Of a stretch of 12,248 bases of DNA, positions 1 through 6,479 are shown one piece after another; position 1 is the stretch's first letter, and each line of letters begins with the position of its first letter. The notes beneath the pieces are model-generated. The model searched no databases. It worked only from the letters and a program-made list of their open reading frames with translations, and was not told the DNA's origin. Both the position numbers and the translations under genes were made by a program. The stretch is taken from assembly GCA_035651555.1 (NCBI GenBank), contig DASRFL010000008.1, positions 1 to 12,248 of the forward strand. Reading direction: 5' to 3'. The stretch is from Terriglobales bacterium (GTDB taxonomy: Bacteria > Acidobacteriota > Terriglobia > Terriglobales > Acidobacteriaceae).

Positions 1-135
1 TCCTGTTTCCGGACTCTTTACGACCAGCGTGTCGCCCCAACGGTGAGTAATAATGCCATTAACTTGGCTCTGGGAAAGCGCGCAAACCGACGCAAATAGA
101 AACATCAGAATCGCCGCAACGGCTCTCCTGTGCAT
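1..135 (-). CDS. Partial CDS (5' end only; the rest lies beyond the window start): N-terminus of an exported protein
   Basis: The reverse complement of 1-135 starts with ATG (133-135). It reads MHRRAVAAILMFLFASVCALSQSQVNGIITHRWGDTLVVKSPETG with no stop before the window edge. A basic N-terminus, hydrophobic core and small-residue site give a signal-peptide pattern. It is absent from the ORF track only because it is under 60 aa. Confidence 0.4.
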   Translation of the reverse strand, partial: MHRRAVAAILMFLFASVCALSQSQVNGIITHRWGDTLVVKSPETG

Positions 136-321
136 AACAACTACATTCATCACGCTCGACGAAATAAACGCATTTGTCTAAGTCAGCTCTAACAACAGTT
201 TTTGGGTAGCAATTGTGGCCATACATCGGCGAGCCAGAAAAATGCCCCGCCTCCTGCCAAGAGACGGAGCGAGGTAAAAGGCTTTACAGCATACGTGATG
301 GTGGAGGGGACGCTCCTCTAG

Positions 322-333
322 TTGCAATTGCAA
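322..333. promoter_or_regulatory. Perfect 12-bp palindrome TTGCAATTGCAA in the divergent intergenic region (candidate operator)
   Basis: Read directly: 322-333 is its own reverse complement. It lies between the divergent genes that start at 135 (minus) and 645 (plus). No binding protein can be assigned. Confidence 0.3.
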
Positions 334-418
334 GTTTTGACAGTTTGCACAACAAGTCATGTTCGGTAGCGTAACGGGGATTCGGTAACCTTTGAACCCA
401 AGGTGCGGATTGGACTGC

Positions 419-480
419 GGGGTGCGGACTTTGGCTTGTCATTTTCTCCGACGCTCCGCACCCCTCAGTCATGGACTGAG
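419..480 (+). other. Two abutting stem-loops in the long leader/intergenic region
   Basis: GGGGTGCGGA (419-428) pairs with TCCGCACCCC (455-464), a 10-bp stem with a 26-nt loop. It is followed directly by CTCAGTC (464-470), ATG, GACTGAG (474-480), a 7-bp stem with a 3-nt loop. GGTGCGGA is also repeated directly at 402-409 and 421-428. No T-tract follows, so this is not a classic terminator. Confidence 0.35.
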
Positions 481-578
481 CACGTGAAGGAAAGAGTAGC
501 CGCGAAAGTGCATCTACATGTTCTCAGCCTACTGTATGTGCTGGCGCACACATTGCGTTGGCACGGTTACCTGACACT

Positions 579-607
579 TTGACTCAAATTGCGACACAAC
601 GTAATTC
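579..607 (+). promoter_or_regulatory. Candidate sigma70-type promoter for the 645-1424 gene
   Basis: TTGACT (579-584), a 17-nt spacer, then TAATTC (602-607), about 38 nt upstream of the ATG at 645. The -10 element is imperfect. Confidence 0.3.
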
Positions 608-644
608 GACCGGTGCCCGCAAGTTCAACCAAGGAGTAAGCACA

Positions 645-1424
645 ATGTACTCAAGAAACGAAAACCTACAAACGTATTTGATACTGAGCGTCGGGACCGT
701 GCTCCTTTCCTTCACTCTGAGCACGTTTGCCCAGGTGAAGACAGAGACATCTACAACAAGCGGCTCCCCCACTCAGCAGGTCACTGTCGAACGTGGTGAA
801 GTCCTCCACGCTTCCGGTAATGACCTTATTATCAGAATGGAAGATGGCACGATCCGCGATTTCCCCCATGTATCCAACAACGCCCGGGTCACGGTTGATG
901 GCAAGGAAATGGGAATCCATGACTTGAAGCCGGGTATGAGGCTTGAGAAAACAACTATCATGACGACGACTCCGCAGATGGTCACTACAGTGCAAACTGT
1001 TACAGGAAAAGTGTGGCAGGTACATCCACCGAACACGGTGATTCTCACTTTGGCAGACGGTACAAATCAGCAATTCAAGATCCCGAAAGATCAGAAGTTC
1101 ATGGTTGACGGTCAGCAGAAGGACGCATGGGGATTGAAGAAAGGGATGAACGTATCGGCCACGAAGATCGTGGAGGAGCCCGTAACCCAGGTCGAAAGTC
1201 GAAGTCAGGTGAGCGGCTCTATGCCACCACCACCGCCTGCACCACCGGCAGATGCACCAATTTTGGTGGCAGTCATTATGCCGAGCCCTACTCCAGCGCC
1301 TCAGGCTACTCCGGCGGAGCTACCCAAAACTGGAAGCTTCTTGCCATTGGTTGGCATGCTAGGCGGTATTGCGGTGCTCATCTCGATCACTCTAAGGGCA
1401 ATTCGCCATGCACTAATGGGCTAA
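645..1424 (+). CDS. Secreted surface protein: signal peptide, two tandem ~58-aa beta-type repeats, Pro-rich linker, LPXTG-type (LPKTG) sorting signal
   Basis: ATG at 645 is preceded by AAGGAG (631-636); the ORF-track TTG at 558 has no such site. N-terminus: MYSRNENLQTYLILSVGTVLLSFTLSTFA|QV. Repeats lie at about nt 783-959 and 996-1169 and share the pattern TV..G.V....DGT..F..VDG....LK.GM...T.I. C-terminus: PPPPPAPP...LPKTG (1320-1334), then SFLPLVGMLGGIAVLISITL, then RAIRH. Confidence 0.8.
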   Translation: MYSRNENLQTYLILSVGTVLLSFTLSTFAQVKTETSTTSGSPTQQVTVERGEVLHASGNDLIIRMEDGTIRDFPHVSNNARVTVDGKEMGIHDLKPGMRLEKTTIMTTTPQMVTTVQTVTGKVWQVHPPNTVILTLADGTNQQFKIPKDQKFMVDGQQKDAWGLKKGMNVSATKIVEEPVTQVESRSQVSGSMPPPPPAPPADAPILVAVIMPSPTPAPQATPAELPKTGSFLPLVGMLGGIAVLISITLRAIRHALMG

Positions 1425-1560
1425 TAAGTTGCTTTTAGGTATCGAGCACGGGCACCCTACTGCTGTGTGCCCCGGAGGTCCTTTATCAGCAATTCGACGG
1501 TAAATATTCCATCTTTCTGAGTATGGTCGAACCCAGTCGTTCCATGATCGTTCTGCCGGG

Positions 1561-2700
1561 ATGCCTTTGTTCCGCGCAAGCTCATTAGCATCTCTTAGTG
1601 GATTCTTAATGCGCCCCGAGAATGATGCCGAATACATGCAGCGTGGACTTGAGCTGGCCATCCACATTGGCTTGCTCATTCTCTTGATCGGCGCTTGTAT
1701 CGTGATTCTGCGACCCTTCATACATCTAATACTGTGGGGAATCATCATTGCCATCGCTTTGTATCCAGGCTTTAAAAAGCTGCAGCGACTATTCGGCGGC
1801 CGAGATGGACTAACAGCTGTTGTATGCACCGTTCTAATGTTGGTGGTATTGATTGTTCCGGTCGTCTTGCTCACCGGGACAGTTGTTCAAGGGATCCAGA
1901 CGTTGGCGAGGCATCTCAAGGAAGGCACACTGGCTATCCCGCCGCCGCCTACAAATATCGAAAATTGGTTTTTGGTAGGGCCCTCCCTGAATAAGATGTG
2001 GAGTGCTGCTGCTACCAACCTTAGCGCAGCGCTAGCACCGTTGGCTCCGCAGATGAAAGCTGCAGTTCCTGTGCTCGTTTCCACCTCTGCTGGAATCGGT
2101 CTCACCGTTTTGGAATTTGCGCTCTCGATTTTGGTGGCGGGAGTTCTATTAGCTAACGCACAAAGCGGCGCTGCCACATCTCGCTCCATAGCAGAACGCC
2201 TATTTGGTGACCGGGCAGCCGAGTTTGAGACGCTAGCCGGGGCCACGATCCGGAGCGTCACGACAGGCATTCTAGGTGTCGCACTGATTCAATCGATTTT
2301 CGCAACACTTGGCTTCTTAATCATGGGGCTACCGGGCGCAGGCCTGTGGGGCCTTATCTTTCTGTTTGCCGCTGTACTTCAGGTGGGAATTGTCGTACTT
2401 ATTCCGGCTGCGATTTACGCGTTTGCGATCGCGAGCACAAGCAAGGCGGTGATGTTTCTGATTTGGTGCGCCATAGTTGCATTGATGGACAATGTACTGA
2501 AGCCGCTGCTTCTGGGGCGCGGTGTCGCTGTCCCCATCGCGGTGATCTTCTTAGGTGCGATCGGGGGATTTGTGGCAATGGGGATCATCGGCCTGTTCCT
2601 CGGCGCAGTCATCGTTTCGGTAGGTTACAAGTTATTCCTCGCTTGGCTGCACAGAGCAGGTCAAGACAAAGGAATGCAGCTCATGCGCAAGACAATCTGA
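1561..2700 (+). CDS. AI-2E family transporter (PerM/YhhT/TqsA-like, UPF0118) integral membrane protein
   Basis: Multi-TM protein. Its C-terminal half matches the family pattern I recognise: GLPGAGLWGLIF...LIPAAIYAF...DNVLKPLLLGRGVAVPIAVIFLGAIGGFVAMGIIGLFLGAVI. The start is uncertain; ATG 1561, 1609 and 1636 all lack a clear SD. Confidence 0.85.
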   Translation: MPLFRASSLASLSGFLMRPENDAEYMQRGLELAIHIGLLILLIGACIVILRPFIHLILWGIIIAIALYPGFKKLQRLFGGRDGLTAVVCTVLMLVVLIVPVVLLTGTVVQGIQTLARHLKEGTLAIPPPPTNIENWFLVGPSLNKMWSAAATNLSAALAPLAPQMKAAVPVLVSTSAGIGLTVLEFALSILVAGVLLANAQSGAATSRSIAERLFGDRAAEFETLAGATIRSVTTGILGVALIQSIFATLGFLIMGLPGAGLWGLIFLFAAVLQVGIVVLIPAAIYAFAIASTSKAVMFLIWCAIVALMDNVLKPLLLGRGVAVPIAVIFLGAIGGFVAMGIIGLFLGAVIVSVGYKLFLAWLHRAGQDKGMQLMRKTI

Positions 2701-2743
2701 AAGTCGGCCGACAATTACGAAGGCGATCCGCTGCTGGCCCGGT

Positions 2744-2767
2744 CGGCACTGTTCACCGCACTGTTAG
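2744..2767. repeat. Tandem 12-bp imperfect repeat (CGGCACTGTTCA / CCGCACTGTTAG; core GCACTGTT x2) just outside the cas1 stop
   Basis: Read directly: GCACTGTT occurs at 2746-2753 and 2758-2765, 9/12 identity between units. It lies 11 bp from the cas1 stop codon (2778-2780), inside the 77-bp gap to the transporter gene. Confidence 0.4.
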
Positions 2768-2777
2768 CGGAGGCAGC

Positions 2778-4313
2778 CTAATTTTTTAACACTCCCGCAG
2801 CTTCAGCTAGCACTTGCCAATGTCGAGGATGCGGAAGACGTTTGCCTGACCGAATACCGCTTGCATAAGGGAGTGAAACACCGATTGCAGCTGCAATTGT
2901 TGGAGCGGCAAGCTTCGCAAGCTGGGGCAAAATCCTTTCGCTATAGGTTTCCTTGTTCAGCCAAACAGGTTGTGAAGCTGCTGACCAGTTGCGTTTTGCC
3001 TCCTCGTGTTTTCGCAGGCATTCAGCGCGGGTCCTTTGCGCATCTGAACTCTGCGCTGCTACGCGTCCAACAGCCGCCGCCTTGATGAGGTTTGCCCGCG
3101 ATATCGGTATGGCACAATTAGCACAATTCCTTCGTCCGCGCACGATTGGCGTCCCGCATCCTTCACAGATGCTCTCCGGGCGGGGAGGATTCACTGCAAT
3201 CGCCGTACGAGCGACGCCCCTGGCGAGTCGTTTGTGCTCTTGCGTGAGTCGCGTGGCGTAAACAGTCCGGTAATTGGGCGTGGAAATTCCCGAAGCGAAT
3301 TTGCGCGCTACCCACTCCGCAATCGCGGCAACGGCACGTGCGCATGCAGGTGCAGTTTCAGACAAACGAACGGCGAACGATCCTATCAAGCGGCAGTTTC
3401 CATTGCGCTCTTCGAAAAACCAATCTCGCTTGAACGCCCCATGGAGAATCCAAGCAAGCAGATACGCATCTATTTTTGGACGGATGGCCTCGATTAGATC
3501 GAAGACTAGACTGTCCCTGATGGGTGAATCAACGTGCAAAACTCCGAGTCCCGGATCCATCCCTAGGGTGGTGATGGCAGCGCGCGTCGCTGACTCGCCA
3601 ACCGCGTACAGGTAATTCAAAATGGCGTTCCCTGGATTGCTAGCCAAACGTGGTGAGCCGGTCAGAGGTGATATACGGCTGCCGAACGTCCGCCAATGTT
3701 GGGGAACACGCCTAAGATCGCTCTTTGGGAAATTGATGCTTAAGTTAGCCCAAAGCGACCAGTAAAGTCGAGCGGCCTGAGATTCGAGCAAGCGGATTTC
3801 TTCGGCGCTGTTAGCCGTCCCAAGTTTTTCCCTAAACTCAATGATTATTTGTGCAGCTGCTGGGTTAAGCAACGTTTCGCGTGCGAGCTGCGCTTGACCA
3901 TTTAGCTTTTGTGCAATCAATTCGCGCGCGATCTCAAGGGCGACACCGGATTGTATTGCGAGTGCTTGGGCCCTACGCAATCGTGCATCGGATGGATACA
4001 CCGGGCCTGTGACAAAAAGTACTTTTCCGTTGCGCTCAAGTACGGAGACTGAAACGTCCTGGTCAGAGAGCCAGCGCAGCGCTGCCAGGGAGATGAACCC
4101 GTCAGCACCAATGATGACAAGTCTCTTCAAGCCGTGATTGACGCGCGGCAAGCGAAATGAACGGCGATCTATGCCGATGCCGTCCTCTAGTACCAAGTGC
4201 CCACCATCAACGTTCACTCTTATACCGTACCCGTACAGCGTGACAACACCGCCCCTTGGCACAAGTGAATTGAGGGATTGTGGCGGTTCAGATAAGTTTC
4301 TGATAGCCGTCAT
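2778..4313 (-). CDS. cas1: Cas1-family integrase (casposase-like) with C-terminal Zn-ribbon and HTH extension
   Basis: Residue numbering follows the ORF track. N-terminal beta domain: VVTLYGYGIRVNVDGGHLVLEDG...LKRLVIIGADGFISLAALRWLSDQDVSVSVLERNGKVLFV. Catalytic domain: ESQAARLYW (E205, nt 3783-3785), NAILNYLYA, and GMDPGLGVLHVDSPIRDSLVFDLIEAIRP (H288 nt 3534-3536, D300 nt 3498-3500, E303). This is the canonical Cas1 signature. CEGC...CANC lies at nt 3114-3167. The HTH-like tail IAAAIGVSLPYASGIRSGKRLPHPRHW lies at about nt 2808-2912. The preferred start is ATG 4313, with AGGAGG at 4325-4330; the ORF-track TTG at 4397 has no usable SD. Confidence 0.9.
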   Translation of the reverse strand: MTAIRNLSEPPQSLNSLVPRGGVVTLYGYGIRVNVDGGHLVLEDGIGIDRRSFRLPRVNHGLKRLVIIGADGFISLAALRWLSDQDVSVSVLERNGKVLFVTGPVYPSDARLRRAQALAIQSGVALEIARELIAQKLNGQAQLARETLLNPAAAQIIIEFREKLGTANSAEEIRLLESQAARLYWSLWANLSINFPKSDLRRVPQHWRTFGSRISPLTGSPRLASNPGNAILNYLYAVGESATRAAITTLGMDPGLGVLHVDSPIRDSLVFDLIEAIRPKIDAYLLAWILHGAFKRDWFFEERNGNCRLIGSFAVRLSETAPACARAVAAIAEWVARKFASGISTPNYRTVYATRLTQEHKRLARGVARTAIAVNPPRPESICEGCGTPIVRGRRNCANCAIPISRANLIKAAAVGRVAAQSSDAQRTRAECLRKHEEAKRNWSAASQPVWLNKETYSERILPQLAKLAAPTIAAAIGVSLPYASGIRSGKRLPHPRHWQVLAEAAGVLKN

Positions 4314-4400
4314 GGGAGCTGATACCTCCTGTGCGGTTAGGGCTTGCCATCTGCTGGTGACAGGGGCAGGCCCACTGTGGTTGAAACTTTTACCCAAACC

Positions 4401-5213
4401 TCACTTGCGCATCGCCTTTTTACGTTTGCGCTGGGGTTTCCCAAAGCGCGATTTATCAAACATTTGGTCAGGTCTTTGTGAACCTACGAGATTTATTGCG
4501 GTGCGAGTGCTTACACCAAAAAGTGCGCCCGAAAGCGCGCGAGAGAGGAACCAGATTTTCTTCAGCTGAGTGGACTTGCGATCAGACTTCGGAAACTTCG
4601 GATTTTTCTTCGCAGAAATGAATTCAGACGCGTATTGTGACAAATAGTTTGGAAGGCCGATTACATTCGATATGGGCCATGCGGGTACTCGTATTTCTTT
4701 TATGACTCCCGGTTCCACTTCGCGCGTCACGACCATAGATGCTTGGGCACAAATCTCCCGTACGCGTTCTGGTGTTTCAGCTTGCATTAATGCGTTGAAT
4801 ACTCCAGGCTCACCGGGGATCTTTAATACGGCTCTGGCTTCTTCTACCGCCTTCTCGCGCATCCACTCCCGAGTTACAAATAATGTTCCTTCTTCAATGT
4901 CGCGAAGGCGCTCTGCTTTCTGCTCTATTGGCAATCGACCAGATCTAATTTCTTCTTCGAGTATTTCGTGATGGCGTGCCTTCTGCTGTCCGTCGAGCTC
5001 AATAGGCATTTTCTCCAGCTCAGCCTCTAGGTCCGCGAACTTTTTCTTATCTAACCACCAGCGTGAGCCTCCCTCAATGAGTCTGCGGAAATCCCAATAG
5101 AACTGGTGCGCCATTGCGTACAGCGATCCGGGCTCGACTTCTCTTGGTCTGCCAGCTGGCATAATTAAAGGGCAAAATCTAGAGCGTATCGTTTGCGTAT
5201 GTGATCTACGCAT
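4401..5213 (-). CDS. Hypothetical protein (~271 aa), co-directional with and immediately upstream of cas1
   Basis: Long ORF with protein-like composition: charged helical stretches such as KKKFADLEAELEKMPIELDGQQKARHHEILEEEIRSGRLP, and a Lys/Arg-rich C-terminal tail FGKPQRKRKKAMRK. No family recognised. The start is ambiguous (ATG 5213 or 5162, or TTG 5279) and none has a good SD. Confidence 0.55.
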   Translation of the reverse strand: MRRSHTQTIRSRFCPLIMPAGRPREVEPGSLYAMAHQFYWDFRRLIEGGSRWWLDKKKFADLEAELEKMPIELDGQQKARHHEILEEEIRSGRLPIEQKAERLRDIEEGTLFVTREWMREKAVEEARAVLKIPGEPGVFNALMQAETPERVREICAQASMVVTREVEPGVIKEIRVPAWPISNVIGLPNYLSQYASEFISAKKNPKFPKSDRKSTQLKKIWFLSRALSGALFGVSTRTAINLVGSQRPDQMFDKSRFGKPQRKRKKAMRK

Positions 5214-5280
5214 AGTATACACGGGGTAATATGCACTTGCGAGAGCTGCAATGCAAGGGCAAGAAATGAGGTGTATCAAA
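5214..5280. promoter_or_regulatory. Divergent control region between the minus-strand (unknown + cas1) and plus-strand (HTH...polB) gene sets
   Basis: A 67-bp gap between divergent start codons. It is AT-rich, with TATACT/GTATAC and TAATAT (5227-5232) boxes. An adjacent inverted repeat, TGCGTA (5194-5199) N7 TACGCA (5207-5212), overlaps the 5213 ATG. Promoters are inferred from the geometry only. Confidence 0.35.
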
Positions 5281-5526
5281 ATGCGACGTGATGAAACGAT
5301 ACTCGCTGTAGGAATAGTCGAGGCCGCCCGAAGGTTGGGCCTCTCGCCGCGTACAGTCGCGACCCTTGTCGCTCAGAGAGAGTTGGGGAGCCGCAGGGTT
5401 GGTCGTCGTCGCGTCATACCCGTCTCAGCACTGGAGGATTTCTTGCGCGGTGATCACCTTACCGATGTTCGAACCAAGACTTCGGGGAATAACCCCAATT
5501 CGAAAGGAGCAACAGTATGTCGTTAA
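5281..5526 (+). CDS. Excisionase/MerR-like helix-turn-helix DNA-binding protein (HTH_17-type)
   Basis: VEAARRLGLSPRTVATLVAQRELGSRRVGRRRVIPVSALEDFL matches the excisionase-family HTH pattern (EaA..LgvS.rTv..l...GeL...rvGrr..Ip...L..fl). ATG at 5281 is preceded by GAGGTG (5267-5272). Confidence 0.8.
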   Translation: MRRDETILAVGIVEAARRLGLSPRTVATLVAQRELGSRRVGRRRVIPVSALEDFLRGDHLTDVRTKTSGNNPNSKGATVCR

Positions 5527-5861
5527 GAACGATGCTAAACAGCCGTAATACAGGCCAATCCGGGGCTCTGCTAAAAGGTTCCGACGTCCCTCACGGAGTT
5601 AAGTCAATAACCATTGAAGTAGCGGGCGTACGCGAACCACCTGAAGGGTTCAGCGCCGTCCTCATACTGGAGTTGAAGAAGCCGATCTACGGCAAGTCAG
5701 CTTGGGCCGTTAATAAAACAAACGTCAAGGCGCTCGTGCAGCTGTTCGGCGATGACGAGCACAAACTGGTGGGCAAAAAGATCAAGCTGGAAGTCATCTC
5801 TGTTCGTAATCCACAAACCGGCGAGATCGTGCCCAGCTTGGCGGTGAGCCCAAAGCAGTAA
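5517..5861 (+). CDS. Hypothetical protein, 114 aa
   Basis: ATG at 5517 with AAGGAG (5504-5509) 7 nt upstream. It overlaps the preceding stop by 10 nt, which suggests translational coupling. The composition is plausibly coding. No family recognised. Confidence 0.65.
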   Translation: MSLRTMLNSRNTGQSGALLKGSDVPHGVKSITIEVAGVREPPEGFSAVLILELKKPIYGKSAWAVNKTNVKALVQLFGDDEHKLVGKKIKLEVISVRNPQTGEIVPSLAVSPKQ

Positions 5862-5933
5862 TTGCAGTTGCTTTTGCACGTAACGAATCGAGTTTCCCTC
5901 GACTACGGAGGGAGCTCGGTTCGCGAGGTGCCA

Positions 5934-6479
5934 ATGCCTCGAAAGAAAGCCAAGTCGAAAAGAACGCGTTCGGAAAAGACGAGGCACAAGTCTCCTCCGG
6001 CTCGGTCGAGCAACAGCTTCCGGCAAGATTCAACCGGAGCCAAGGCGTTTGCCGTGTTAGCTCGCTCCCGGCGTACTGGTGAGTCGCCTGAAGCTGTTAG
6101 TCGCCAGTTTGGGACCTATTTCGCCGTTGTTCGCCGTCATCTTCCAGGTCATTTTCGTAAGGTGCGTGGAAGGTGGGTCCCGACAAAATCTGATCGATCG
6201 CCGCGAGGCAAACAGCTCCTCACGGAAGACGGTTACGAAAGGATCGTGGTTCGCGGTTCTAAGAAAGCCGCCGAGCTTAACCGATACAACCAGGTGGTGG
6301 CTCGTTTCATTCGCGGTAAAGATAAAGATCCGTCAGCACTCGCAGAGTTCGAGCGGAAACGCATAGCAGGTCATCGTTACCTCACCGATCCAGACAAGGT
6401 TTTCAGGTTGGCCGATGCAGGAATCATCAAGACCGATGAACTCGGGTCAGATCAGGTTTCGCGCGGAGGCAGGAGGTGA
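5934..6479 (+). CDS. Hypothetical highly basic protein (~181 aa)
   Basis: ATG at 5934 with GAGGTG (5925-5930). N-terminus: MPRKKAKSKRTRSEKTRHKSPPARS. An alternative TTG at 5862 abuts the upstream stop. The gene ends in a GTGA overlap with the next ORF. Confidence 0.6.
   Translation: MPRKKAKSKRTRSEKTRHKSPPARSSNSFRQDSTGAKAFAVLARSRRTGESPEAVSRQFGTYFAVVRRHLPGHFRKVRGRWVPTKSDRSPRGKQLLTEDGYERIVVRGSKKAAELNRYNQVVARFIRGKDKDPSALAEFERKRIAGHRYLTDPDKVFRLADAGIIKTDELGSDQVSRGGRR

Noticed and set aside
244-268. Shared words GCCCCGC and GAGACG(G/A)A between 244-268 and 10103-10138, considered as possible att/TSD sites of a larger ~10 kb island
   Set aside because: These are only 7- and 6-8-mers with different spacing in the two copies. 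About a dozen 7-mer matches are expected by chance between regions of about 500 and 400 nt.
337-342. Consensus -35 hexamer TTGACA at 337-342 as a promoter
   Set aside because: No acceptable -10 element lies 16-18 nt downstream (TGTTCG or ATGTTC). The nearest plus-strand gene start is 300 nt away.
558-644. ORF-track N-terminal extensions using TTG starts (558, 4397, 5279, 5862, 10889) and the upstream ATG at 5251
   Set aside because: In most of these cases an internal ATG with a well-placed AGGAGG, AAGGAG or GAGGTG lies downstream (645, 4313, 5281, 5934, 10874), and the extension lacks an SD. For 645 the signal peptide also begins at the internal Met. 5279 (alternatives 5213/5162, none with an SD) and 5862 remain possible alternatives.
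1450-1472. Hairpin GGGCAC N11 GTGCCC after the surface-protein gene, considered as an intrinsic terminator
   Set aside because: The stem is only 6 bp, the loop is 11 nt and no T-tract follows, so the evidence is too weak to annotate.
2690-2700. AGACAATCTGA (2690-2700, the end of the permease gene) versus AGACAAGCTGA (9934-9944), considered as a target-site duplication
   Set aside because: This is a 10/11 match, but my rough estimate of the chance expectation across the compared regions is about 0.3. The right copy lies inside the small-ORF remnant with no adjacent inverted repeats.
666-2789. ORFs overlapping the surface-protein and permease genes, antisense or out-of-frame on the same strand (666-1073, 773-1048, 1127-1438, 1413-1874, 1887-2270, 2346-2789, 2415-2612)
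   Set aside because: They overlap strongly supported genes (signal peptide plus LPXTG; AI-2E motifs). Their composition is Arg/Cys/Ser/Pro-rich with low complexity, as is typical of non-coding frames in GC-moderate DNA.
2861-4971. Plus-strand ORFs inside cas1 and its upstream partner (2861-3085, 2953-3261, 3234-3497, 3274-3615, 4138-4569, 4672-4971) and minus-strand 3163-3345 and 3917-4120
   Set aside because: They overlap the Cas1 reading frame, whose conserved motifs fix the true frame, or the long 4401-5213 ORF. None has a ribosome-binding site or recognisable motifs.
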